The notes below the pieces were generated by a model. That model ran no database searches and had not been told where the DNA came from. It was given only the letters and a program-made list of their open reading frames with translations. Of a stretch of DNA of 64,000 bases, positions 49,100 through 57,799 are shown in pieces; within the stretch, counting starts at the first letter, position 1, and each line of letters starts with the position of its first letter. This DNA comes from Alphaproteobacteria bacterium (GTDB lineage Bacteria > Pseudomonadota > Alphaproteobacteria > G965222575): assembly GCA_965222575.1 (NCBI GenBank), contig OZ244958.1, positions 192,001 through 256,000 of the forward strand, read 5' to 3'. A program made the position numbers and the translations under genes.

Positions 49100-50395
49100 T
49101 TATGTTGCCATAAATTTGTAAATAATCTGTTTGTCTTTTTTCTTAATGAGAATGTAGGTGGATTGAATTCCTACAATTTTCCATCCACCGGGGAGCACCG
49201 CGCCTTCCAAATATTTTTGTCCATCTCTGAGGACAACATAGCGTATTTCCCCCATGCTCACGCTTACGATATCAAAATAAGGAGCGGGGTCTTTTTTTTG
49301 CAGGAGGGTGAGGGCATTTTTCAGTTGAATCTGTGGGATTTGTCTGAGGAGGTCTTGGGTAATTTTTTCTTTGAGGTCTTGGTCTTTGACTTGTCCAGTT
49401 AAGAGGAAAGTGCCCGGTGGTTCATAGTCTACAGTGGCGTTGACTTTAAGAGCGGAAAGAGCGGATTCCAAAGAGGAGTGGACAATTTTTGCGGCTTGGA
49501 TTTGGATGTTGATACGGTCTTCTGTCCAGAGGGTTTTTCGTTTTATGGCGTTAATGTCTTCTTCGAGCAAGCGTTTCTGAACGCCTGTTTCCACCCATCC
49601 AGTGATAAGGAGGGTCTTGTTTTCCGCTTTTTCCACAGAGACATAGACCACCTCTCTTTCTTTGAGGAGTTCTTCTATGGTTGCGAGTGCTTTTCCTTCA
49701 CTCCAAGGGCGCACTACGGGAGGTGCGGGAGAGCGCAAAAAGAAGAAGGTACTGCCTACCACGCCTGCTACCCCTACGCCTAAGAGCTTCAGCACAAGTT
49801 TGCTCTTCCCTTTTTTCAGAAGGCCTTTCCAATTGAGACCTTTAGGCGGAAGAACGACTTGGTTTTCCTCTTCCGCGCTTTTCTCTTGTTGTTGAGGCAG
49901 GGGAATCTGAACTTTGTCCCATTCTCCTTGCGTATTGCCAAGCGTAAAATAGGTATTACCAATAAGAATAGGACTATACGGAGCAAGTGCGGTTGAGGTA
50001 TGCTCAGGAATAGAAGACGAAGAGGCAATGACCCCGCCATCAAGCCCTCTGATAAAAAAGCACCCGTCTTTCACTTCAAGCAGGGCATGTTTGAGGACTA
50101 TCTGTTCATCCTTGAGCACAACATCACAGGAGATATCACTGCCTATGACATAAGAGCCTGTTTCAAGAGGGATTTCTCCCCCTAAATGAGGCCCTGACAA
50201 AACTTTTAACATCAGTTGCCCTTCTAAAGGCTCTATTGCAGGCGGGGGCGGTTCTTCCTCTTTTTGCGGGGTTTCTTTTGTTGTCGCCTCTATTTGCGGT
50301 GTTTCTTTTGTTGGAATTTGTTCTTTGTCCTCCTGTTTTTCCGGAGGAGTTTTTTCTAGGACTTCTGGTTCTTCAATGGTATTTTGCGCGCTCAT
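49100..50395 (-). CDS. sctD: T3SS inner membrane ring protein (SctD/YscD family)
   Basis: FHA-like domain LKVLSGPHLGGEIPL..YVIGSD..CDVVL, single TM, periplasmic ring domains and C-terminus YVVLRDGQKYLEGAVLPGG. Confidence 0.88.
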   Translation of the reverse strand: MSAQNTIEEPEVLEKTPPEKQEDKEQIPTKETPQIEATTKETPQKEEEPPPPAIEPLEGQLMLKVLSGPHLGGEIPLETGSYVIGSDISCDVVLKDEQIVLKHALLEVKDGCFFIRGLDGGVIASSSSIPEHTSTALAPYSPILIGNTYFTLGNTQGEWDKVQIPLPQQQEKSAEEENQVVLPPKGLNWKGLLKKGKSKLVLKLLGVGVAGVVGSTFFFLRSPAPPVVRPWSEGKALATIEELLKEREVVYVSVEKAENKTLLITGWVETGVQKRLLEEDINAIKRKTLWTEDRINIQIQAAKIVHSSLESALSALKVNATVDYEPPGTFLLTGQVKDQDLKEKITQDLLRQIPQIQLKNALTLLQKKDPAPYFDIVSVSMGEIRYVVLRDGQKYLEGAVLPGGWKIVGIQSTYILIKKKDKQIIYKFMAT

Positions 50396-52488
50396 GAGAG
50401 TTCAATTTTCGCAAGAGGCTGTACAGTGATATCTGAGGTGAGTTCTTGGTAAGAGAGAACGGGGAGTTCAAAGAGGTCTTTTTCAAGGACTTTGCGGACA
50501 TATCGTCTAACATCCATGGAGGTGAGGAGGACAGGGGGTTGGTTGTGGGCATAGAGTGAGCCGACGGCCTCTTTGACGCGTTTGATAAAGCTTGCGGAGG
50601 TTTCCGGGTCTAGGGCGAGGTAGTTGCCGGCGGAGGTTTGTCTAATAGCGTTACGAATTGTGTCTTCCACATCATGGGTGAAGAGGTAAGCGGGAAGAAT
50701 GTTTTGAATACCGGCGTGTTGGAAGCTTATTTGTCGTTTTAAGCCGTTACGGACGTATTCTGTGAGGACGACGACGTCTTTTTCTTTTTGTCCCCATTCT
50801 ATGATGAGTTCAAAGATAGCTCTTAGGTTACGGATGGAGACATCTTCTGAGACTAGTCTTTGGAAGATTTCAGTGAGTTTTTGGACGGGCAGTATGCGTT
50901 GTACTTCTTTGACGATTTCGGGGTAGTCTTTTTCCATTTTTTCTATGAGGGAGCGTGTTTCTTGTAGCCCGATAAATTCTTGAGCGTATCGTTTGAGGAC
51001 AAAGGAGAGGTGGTAAGAGAGGACGCCGGAGGAGGTGAGGAAGGGGACGCCTGCGGTTTTGAGTTCTTTAATTTTGTTTTCTTGCACCCAAATTGTGGGG
51101 AGAGAGGGGAGAAAATTTTTCCCTTTTTCCATATTGATATCCATAATTTCTAGGGTTTCTTGTTTTTCGCGCACGAAGAGGAAGCCGGGTTTGAGGTATC
51201 CTTGAGAGACTGGGATTTCCTGCACGAGGATACTGTAGGTTCCTGCTGGTTGGCGTTTATTGAAGCGTAGTTGTATACTGGGGAAGGGAACGCCTAGGTC
51301 ATGGTATAGGGCGCGTCTGAGTTTTTTGAGTTCTTCATTAAAGATATCCACTTTAAGGACATCTTTCATGGCAACATCCATATCAATCATGAGGGGAACG
51401 GCAAGAGAAAAGAGATCGCCTTCTTTTTCGTCTTCACTGGAAGAGTCGTGTTCCTCATCGTCGTCCACAACGGAAGGCACCATGGACGAGCTTTTTTTCT
51501 TTTTGCTAGCTGTTGTTTTACGGTATCGCAGCATAAAGTACCCACCTGTTGTGGTGATAAAGGCAATGATGAGAAAAATCGCCGAAGGCATACCGGGAAT
51601 AAGAGCAAAGCCAATACAAATCACGGAGGCAATAAAGAGGGCTCTTGGTTCATTGGTGACTTGCTGTCCGATATCAGCGCCGAGATTCGAGTCTTCTTTT
51701 GTGGTGACTCTTGTGACAATAATACCAGCTGTAATGGAAATAAAAAGAGCAGGGATTTGGCTTACCAGTCCGTCTCCAACAGTGAGGATGGAATAGGTTT
51801 GAAGGGCTTCCCCTGTAGCCATACCATTTTGTGTTGTGCCAATGGTGATACCGCCAACGATATTGACGGCAATGATAATTAAGCCTGCAATAGCATCGCC
51901 TTTGACGAATTTCATGGCGCCATCCATAGCGCCATAGAGCTGGCTTTCTTTTTCCACAAGGAGTCGTCTATGTCTCGCTTGGTCCATATCGATGACGCCG
52001 GCTCTCATATCTCCATCGATACTCATCTGCTTGCCGGGCATGGCGTCTAAGGAGAATCGGGCGCTCACTTCAGCCACTCGTTCAGAGCCTTTTGTAATGA
52101 CAATGAACTGCACAATGGTAATAATCAAGAAAACAACAAGCCCCACAACGATATTACCGGCGATGACAAAGTTGCCGAAGGTTTCAATGATATCGCCGGC
52201 ATCGGCTTGCAGGAGGATAAGGCGTGTGGTGGTAATGGAGAGGGCGAGTCTGAAAAGCGTGGTAACCAGCAAGACAGCGGGAAAAGCAGAAAAGCTTAAG
52301 GGCGAAGACAAATACATCGCCACCATGAGCAAGATGGCCGCAAAGGACATGTTTGTAGCCACAAGGGTATCGACCACAACAGTGGGAAGAGGAATAATCA
52401 TCATGAAAATGACCGCTACAAGTAAAGCAGCGAGGGCAATATCACTGCGTTTTGAGAGCAGAATCAGAAATTGCTGAATTCTATCCAT
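50392..52488 (-). CDS. sctV: T3SS export gate protein (SctV/LcrD/YscV)
   Basis: ITKGSERVAEVSARFSLDAMPGKQMSIDGDMRAG, ESQLYGAMDGAMKFVKGDAIAG and DVRRYVRK..LPVLSYQEL (LcrD-type rather than FlhA-type signatures). Confidence 0.97.
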   Translation of the reverse strand: MDRIQQFLILLSKRSDIALAALLVAVIFMMIIPLPTVVVDTLVATNMSFAAILLMVAMYLSSPLSFSAFPAVLLVTTLFRLALSITTTRLILLQADAGDIIETFGNFVIAGNIVVGLVVFLIITIVQFIVITKGSERVAEVSARFSLDAMPGKQMSIDGDMRAGVIDMDQARHRRLLVEKESQLYGAMDGAMKFVKGDAIAGLIIIAVNIVGGITIGTTQNGMATGEALQTYSILTVGDGLVSQIPALFISITAGIIVTRVTTKEDSNLGADIGQQVTNEPRALFIASVICIGFALIPGMPSAIFLIIAFITTTGGYFMLRYRKTTASKKKKSSSMVPSVVDDDEEHDSSSEDEKEGDLFSLAVPLMIDMDVAMKDVLKVDIFNEELKKLRRALYHDLGVPFPSIQLRFNKRQPAGTYSILVQEIPVSQGYLKPGFLFVREKQETLEIMDINMEKGKNFLPSLPTIWVQENKIKELKTAGVPFLTSSGVLSYHLSFVLKRYAQEFIGLQETRSLIEKMEKDYPEIVKEVQRILPVQKLTEIFQRLVSEDVSIRNLRAIFELIIEWGQKEKDVVVLTEYVRNGLKRQISFQHAGIQNILPAYLFTHDVEDTIRNAIRQTSAGNYLALDPETSASFIKRVKEAVGSLYAHNQPPVLLTSMDVRRYVRKVLEKDLFELPVLSYQELTSDITVQPLAKIELS

Positions 52489-52810
52489 GAGGCGGGGGGG
52501 GGAGTTGTAATGTTGAGGATTTTTGTTGTTTTTGTCTGTACAACAAGCGTTTGTGCATCAGTTCCACGAAGACCACATCTTGTTCGGTCTGTGCCTGCTC
52601 TCTTAAGTCCTCAATGAGTTCAGTAGTTTCTTGAAACGCAAACACTTCTAAGGAAGCATAAAGGAGAGATTTCAGGATATTAATATCAGTTGGCACCTTG
52701 TCTTTTAAGACCTTAAAAATGACATAGGCTCTGTCCACGCTGTCATGTCTCAAATAGAAGTGCCCTAGCACACGCAAGAAATCTATCTGTCGTTTTGATA
52801 GGGTGTTCAT
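52481..52810 (-). CDS. T3SS TPR-like chaperone (SctY/YscY-like)
   Basis: TLSKRQIDFL.VLGHFYL...RA...F..L resembles the YscY N-terminus; immediately upstream of sctV. ATG at 52810 chosen. Confidence 0.65.
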   Translation of the reverse strand: MNTLSKRQIDFLRVLGHFYLRHDSVDRAYVIFKVLKDKVPTDINILKSLLYASLEVFAFQETTELIEDLREQAQTEQDVVFVELMHKRLLYRQKQQKSSTLQLPPPPHG

Positions 52811-52811
52811 G

Positions 52812-53186
52812 TTAGGCTTGTAACAAAGCCATTTGGTGAGCATTGAAGAGTTTTCTTAAGTCTTTTTCTTGTTCTAGGATGGAGGCTAGGTCTTGAAGTA
52901 GCGGTTCGTTTGAGGGCGTGAGTGTTTTTAAGAGGCCATGCAGTGTCTGTTCATAGACATCAGGGTTGAGGATAGTGCCGTCCTGTAGATCGGGAACGAG
53001 CATATTACGGATAGCGGCATCCATGGTGAGGGCGCGAAAAATACTATTAAGTTTTTCATTACAAGCCCGTGCAGAGGGTATCATATGCAGAGGGCTATTG
53101 GTAGGAAGAGACTGATTGTGAGTCCGTTTATCATAGACGATTTCAGCGATGCCTCTTTGAAAGGAAAGGTCAAGTTTCACAGCCAT
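52812..53186 (-). CDS. T3SS protein (SctX/YscX-like)
   Basis: LSFQRGI near the N-terminus, P.L.D..IL.P and C-terminal LF..HQMALLQA; position matches yscX. Confidence 0.65.
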   Translation of the reverse strand: MAVKLDLSFQRGIAEIVYDKRTHNQSLPTNSPLHMIPSARACNEKLNSIFRALTMDAAIRNMLVPDLQDGTILNPDVYEQTLHGLLKTLTPSNEPLLQDLASILEQEKDLRKLFNAHQMALLQA

Positions 53187-53189
53187 AGT

Positions 53190-53549
53190 TTAAGAAGTTT
53201 GTTGTTGAAGGTCTTTGAGTTGTAAGATAATAGCGTTTAAGTTTTGCAACGAGGTTTGTCGTAGGGGAATATCAATAGCAAAGATGAGGTCTTCCTCGCC
53301 TTTGATTCCTGTGGTTGCGAGGAAAGATTTTGAGGTTTTAACGTTCATGAGAGCGGATTTTAGGAGTTGTGGCGTCATAAAGGGTCGTTTTTGCACGAGG
53401 TAAATGACGAGTCGGTCTTGGGGGCATTTTTCAATAAAGAGCTTGCCGGATTGTTCCATTTCTAAGCAGAGGATATCACTGCCGTGGAATCCGAGTTTTG
53501 ACAGGTTTAACTGTTTTCCAAACTCTTCAATGACCTGATTGAGCCACAT
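53190..53549 (-). CDS. T3SS chaperone (SycN-like)
   Basis: MWLNQVIEEFGKQL...LEMEQSGKLFIE resembles the SycN N-terminus; directly follows sctW. Confidence 0.75.
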   Translation of the reverse strand: MWLNQVIEEFGKQLNLSKLGFHGSDILCLEMEQSGKLFIEKCPQDRLVIYLVQKRPFMTPQLLKSALMNVKTSKSFLATTGIKGEEDLIFAIDIPLRQTSLQNLNAIILQLKDLQQQTS

Positions 53550-53558
53550 TTTGTTTCC

Positions 53559-54725
53559 TTACATGTTTTCTTCTTGTTCAATAGCAACATCAATAGCTTC
53601 TTGGACAGCGCTTTTGACGCCCTCAAAAGCTTCCGGTGTTTCAAAAAGTTTCATTGGCATGGAGCTCACGACCTCGTTTAAGCGATGGAGCAAGAAGAGA
53701 TGACAGCTCATCTGTTTTTCATTTAACGATAGGGCATCGTCAAAGCCTGCTAGGATAAAGCTCACCTGTTCCACTGCCTCTTCGCCTACGAATCCTGAGG
53801 TCATAGGGAGAACACCTTTCATCATACGCGTTGCATCGCTTTGTGGAGGAAGCGTATAGATATGACTAGCTTTTTCCAGTGCACTAGCGCACAGTTCATG
53901 GGTGGTGACAAGGGACTGTAATTGGGCAATATCTTGCATAGCGAGCTGAATGAGGGTGGTATCTGTGGACGGTGTTTCGGCTTGCAAATCACTACTTGCG
54001 GCTTTGAGCAAAAAAGAGACGGCCTGAGCGAATTCTTGCGTACGAAATTCTTCTAGGATTTTGTTATAGGTCTCATAGAGAGGAGAAGGAGAGAGGACTG
54101 TTTCTCTGTAATGGTCTCTGAGGGACTGAATAGTTTTGGAGGTTTCCTGCGCTGTTTTTGCCGCATCAAGAGAAACATTAAGACCAGATTGAATAGAGAC
54201 ACTGTTTTCTTCTAGGAGCTGTTGTCGACAAAGAGCAATGCTTTCCACAGCATCTGTTGCATTCGCCTTGGCCATTTCTTTGTGCAGAAATTGCAGTGCG
54301 ATAAATTGATGAGTTGGGTCTTCATAGTGTTGCGCAATAAATTTTTTGAGCTGTTGGCCTGTGTGAGGCTGTTCTTCTAGGAATTTTTTTCTCAAAGAGC
54401 CAAGAGATTCTTTGTCTTCAACATCTGGGACTTTTTCGAGATATTCTCTGATAGCGCCTGATTGTTCTGTTTTCAAAGCCTTTTTGTCCCTGATTTTGCC
54501 TTTTAGGCCGAGGGATTTTTTTTCAGCAACAGCAAAGGACAGCTCTTCAGCTGCATCTTGTATCAGAGAGGAAGGAGAAGGGACAAGCTTGACGGTTTCG
54601 TTATGGAATTTTCCCGCAGGCGTAGCAATGATCTGGGGATTTTGATCAACCGGAAGCTTTGTTCCAACACCTGTGAGATTGAGCATATTGAAACCTTGTC
54701 TCTTTGAAGTATCATTGAGTATCAT
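53559..54725 (-). CDS. sctW: T3SS gatekeeper (SctW; YopN/HrpJ domain fused to a TyeA-like C-terminus)
   Basis: GKFHNETV, SLIQDAAEELSFAVAEK, YLEKVPD, DPTHQF.AL, LRDHYRETV and DLQA..PS; TyeA-like end MPMKLF...VQEAIDVAIEQEE. Confidence 0.88.
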   Translation of the reverse strand: MILNDTSKRQGFNMLNLTGVGTKLPVDQNPQIIATPAGKFHNETVKLVPSPSSLIQDAAEELSFAVAEKKSLGLKGKIRDKKALKTEQSGAIREYLEKVPDVEDKESLGSLRKKFLEEQPHTGQQLKKFIAQHYEDPTHQFIALQFLHKEMAKANATDAVESIALCRQQLLEENSVSIQSGLNVSLDAAKTAQETSKTIQSLRDHYRETVLSPSPLYETYNKILEEFRTQEFAQAVSFLLKAASSDLQAETPSTDTTLIQLAMQDIAQLQSLVTTHELCASALEKASHIYTLPPQSDATRMMKGVLPMTSGFVGEEAVEQVSFILAGFDDALSLNEKQMSCHLFLLHRLNEVVSSMPMKLFETPEAFEGVKSAVQEAIDVAIEQEENM

Positions 54726-54861
54726 AGCTCTTTGCCCTTAATCCTTTCCTAAATAAGGAAGGGAATGACAGGATTTTTGTTGAGAAGATTCTCCTGTTGG
54801 GTGAAAAGAGATATAGTGTGTGTGATGAGGGGGTGAGCGCATTAAGAGGAGGGTGTGAAAA

Positions 54862-55644
54862 ATGATTGAAGTGGTTGCGCATCCTGTAGCGTTATCATTA
54901 GGGGGGATAGGGATACGCTGGTATTCCTTAGCGTATGTAGTAGGCATATTGTATGGTTGGTGGCGTGGCAGGAGGTTGTGTGAGCGGGTTGGTTTGTCTA
55001 GGCAGGAGGTGGACGATTTTGTATTATGGGGATTTTTAGGGGTAATTTTAGGAGGAAGAGTTGGTTATGTTCTCTTTTATAATGCTAGATATTTTTGGGA
55101 GCATCCTCTTGACATTTTGAAGATTTATGAGGGAGGCATGTCGTTTCATGGGGGATTATTGGGGGTTGGGGTAGCGGTTTTGGTGTATGGCTATGTTCAC
55201 AAGATTTCCATACGGGCACTTTCGGATACGCTTTGTGTTGTGGTCCCTGTTGGATTAGGTCTGGGTCGCGTTGCGAATTTTGTCAATGTTGAGTTATGGG
55301 GTCGTATAACAGAGGTACCATGGGGTGTTGTGTTTGTGTCAATTGATTCCCATGTGCGTCATCCCAGTCAGTTATATGAGGCTTTTTTAGAAGGATTGGT
55401 GTTATTGGTATTGATGGAAGTGTTGATTAGGGTTCGTTTGGTACTGTCTTATCGTGGTTTAACAAGCGGTATTTTTTTCATAGGGTACGGTGTCATGAGA
55501 ATTGTGTGCGAGTTTTTTCGTGAACCAGATGTTCAGATAGGATTGCTATTTGATTGGATAAGTATGGGTCAGGTATTAAGTGTGCCGTTGTTATTGTTAG
55601 GGTTTTATTGTGTTACTACGAGTCGGGATGAAAGGCAGGGTTAG
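54862..55644 (+). CDS. lgt: Prolipoprotein diacylglyceryl transferase
   Basis: IRWYSLAY, GGRVGYVLFY, GGMSFHGG, HPSQLYEA and EFFREPD. Confidence 0.98.
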   Translation: MIEVVAHPVALSLGGIGIRWYSLAYVVGILYGWWRGRRLCERVGLSRQEVDDFVLWGFLGVILGGRVGYVLFYNARYFWEHPLDILKIYEGGMSFHGGLLGVGVAVLVYGYVHKISIRALSDTLCVVVPVGLGLGRVANFVNVELWGRITEVPWGVVFVSIDSHVRHPSQLYEAFLEGLVLLVLMEVLIRVRLVLSYRGLTSGIFFIGYGVMRIVCEFFREPDVQIGLLFDWISMGQVLSVPLLLLGFYCVTTSRDERQG

Positions 55645-56653
55645 CTATCCTATGGGGGTTGATAGGTTTATGGAGGAGTGTTTATACGGGGAGGAGGGGT
55701 ATTACAGGAGTGGGAAGGTAGGGTTTGGTCGCGGAGGAGATTTTGTAACGGCGCCGGTACTCAGTTCGTTATTTGGGGAATTGTTAGGGTTGTGGGTAAT
55801 AGGGAGCTGGGAAGGTCTGGGGAAGCCTGCATCGTTTTGTTTGTGTGAGGGAGGGGGAGGGAGCGGAATATTGATGGGGGATATTATTCGGACGCTACGG
55901 CGTTGTAGACCTGAGGTACTAGGGTGCGGGGAGATTGTGATGCTGGAGTCGTCACCTATTTTACAGAAAGTTCAGCTTCAGTATCTGTCTTCTTTTGGGG
56001 TACGGGTAAGGAGTATAAGCTGTTTAGAGGAATTGCCTAAGATAGTGCTGATTTTTTTAGCCAATGAGTTACTGGATTGTTTTCCTATTCGGCAGCATGT
56101 TTGGCATGAAGGGCATTGGCATGAGCGTGAAGTCAGGAAGGAAGGAGGGTGTTTCTCTTTTGGGATAGGAGGAGGATTGAGTTCACCGGAGGCGATTTGT
56201 CTGCCTTGCGAACCGGCGTACGAGGGGGATATTTTAGAGGATTCGCCCTTGCGTCACGAATGGTTGAGGAATCTGTCCCACCATTTTTTGCACTATGGAG
56301 GGTGTGGGGTTTTGAGTGATTACGGTCATGGGCGTTCGCACTATGGAGATAGTCTACAAAGTGTGAAGAGGCACAAGTATGTGGGAATATTTGATTCTCC
56401 CGGTAGCAGTGATATCACGGCAAGTGTGAATTTCGAGGCGGCTTTAAGCTGTATGGAACAAGTGGGGGTTAAGAAGAGTTTTTTGCGCACACAAAGGGCA
56501 TTTTTGCTATCCTTAGGGCTCGCTGAACGTCTGAAACAATTGTCTCGGTCTCTTGACACTCATGAGGTTAAGAAACTGATGGCCTGCGCAAATCGGTTAA
56601 CAGGAGAAAAAGAAATGGGCACACTCTTCAAAGTGTTAGGGGTGTGCGGTTGA
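55610..56653 (+). CDS. MidA/NDUFAF7-family SAM-dependent methyltransferase
   Basis: GYY..G..GDFVTAP..S.LFGELL, ANELLDCFP, DYG, DITASVNF and MGTLFKV; follows lgt as in other alphaproteobacteria. Start uncertain. Confidence 0.92.
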   Translation: MLLRVGMKGRVSYPMGVDRFMEECLYGEEGYYRSGKVGFGRGGDFVTAPVLSSLFGELLGLWVIGSWEGLGKPASFCLCEGGGGSGILMGDIIRTLRRCRPEVLGCGEIVMLESSPILQKVQLQYLSSFGVRVRSISCLEELPKIVLIFLANELLDCFPIRQHVWHEGHWHEREVRKEGGCFSFGIGGGLSSPEAICLPCEPAYEGDILEDSPLRHEWLRNLSHHFLHYGGCGVLSDYGHGRSHYGDSLQSVKRHKYVGIFDSPGSSDITASVNFEAALSCMEQVGVKKSFLRTQRAFLLSLGLAERLKQLSRSLDTHEVKKLMACANRLTGEKEMGTLFKVLGVCG

Positions 56654-56747
56654 CATTTTAGCCACCATGAGCTATTTTTTTAAGAAAGGAAGTGTTGTCT
56701 GGTTTTATGGGACACGGTCTCTTGGGGTTCACAATTTTGAGGTATTG

Positions 56748-57152
56748 ATGGCATTGCGTTTAATAGTCATTATGGTATTGGCGTTCAGTGTCATGGGCTG
56801 CGGGAAGTACCGCCAGTCGGTGGTGGTACAGGAGGGAAAAGTAGACAAAAATACGCTAACCCACGGAATGGTACAGCTTACTATAGAAGTTGGGAAGACG
56901 ACGCAAACGAATATATTAGAAGCCTTTGGGGCACCGAACATTACTACGCTGGATGGTTCAGGAGAAGAGGTATGGACTTATCAACGGGCAGGACGCATTG
57001 TGAGAAGCAAGAAATCCGCGCGGTCTTTTCTCTTTTTTTTCGCCTCCTCTGAAGGCTATGCGGAAAGGCGCTCAAGTATGATGACCTTGATTATCAAATT
57101 CAATAAAGACAAAATCGTCAAAGACTTCCAAAGTCGCTCTTCACAGTTTTAA
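56748..57152 (+). CDS. Lipoprotein with SmpA/OmlA(BamE)-like domain
   Basis: GAGG RBS, ATG at 56748, lipobox VMGC and GKTTQ..ILEAFGAPN....GEEVWTY. Confidence 0.7.
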   Translation: MALRLIVIMVLAFSVMGCGKYRQSVVVQEGKVDKNTLTHGMVQLTIEVGKTTQTNILEAFGAPNITTLDGSGEEVWTYQRAGRIVRSKKSARSFLFFFASSEGYAERRSSMMTLIIKFNKDKIVKDFQSRSSQF

Positions 57153-57161
57153 GGCAAGGTC

Positions 57162-57710
57162 ATGACAAAGACCATACACAAGAGCTCTATAGGCTGGAGA
57201 GGAAGTGTTTTTAAGGTACGTTGCTGGATGATGAGTGTTGTGGTGCTATCTTTACTATTCAGTGGATGTCTTAGGTCTAAGCCTTCCCCTGTACCGCCTA
57301 CGGCACTAGAAATCAGGCAAATGCAGGTTCGTCAATATGATAAGGAAATCGCCATTGTATTTTCGTCAGTGGTGAGTGTTTTTCAAGATAAAGGGTATAT
57401 TATTCAAGAAGCAGATAAGAACAGCGGTTTTATCAAGGCGTATACACCCGTAAAGTCGCGTTCAATTCCCGGTCTCATAGGGCTATTGTTGAAACCCGGA
57501 GGGGTTCATCGGACAAAATGGATAACGCAAACGCATATTGAACGCATAGGGTCTAGGACCTCTGTGAGAATAGCCATTGTGCATTCGAGTACTGAGAATT
57601 ATCAAGGTCAACATGAGATAGAGGAGTTTCCTATTTTGGACTCTAAGGTTTATCAGTCCCTTTTTGAGGACCTTGAGCAGGCGATTTTTTTACGCCAAGC
57701 AGCAGAGTAA
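57162..57710 (+). CDS. Hypothetical lipoprotein
   Basis: Lipobox FSGC and LEIRQMQVRQY....VF..VVSVFQD.GYII..AD...GFI. The true start is probably a downstream Met. Confidence 0.65.
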   Translation: MTKTIHKSSIGWRGSVFKVRCWMMSVVVLSLLFSGCLRSKPSPVPPTALEIRQMQVRQYDKEIAIVFSSVVSVFQDKGYIIQEADKNSGFIKAYTPVKSRSIPGLIGLLLKPGGVHRTKWITQTHIERIGSRTSVRIAIVHSSTENYQGQHEIEEFPILDSKVYQSLFEDLEQAIFLRQAAE

Positions 57711-57799
57711 CCCCCCTACCCTCTCTCTCTCTCTCTTTTAAGAACCCTTGTCAATTGTCTTCTGATGAGAAGCACCTTAAGTATGATCTGTTGATTTTC

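Noticed and set aside
50392-52488. Flagellar flhA
   Set aside because: The sequence has LcrD-type signatures and its neighbours are sctW, sycN, sctX/Y, sctD and sctF, with no flagellar genes.
54726-54861. ExsA/LcrF-type T3SS promoter upstream of sctW
   Set aside because: Only an A-rich tract (ACAAAAA on the minus strand) is visible, which is too weak to call without a matrix search.
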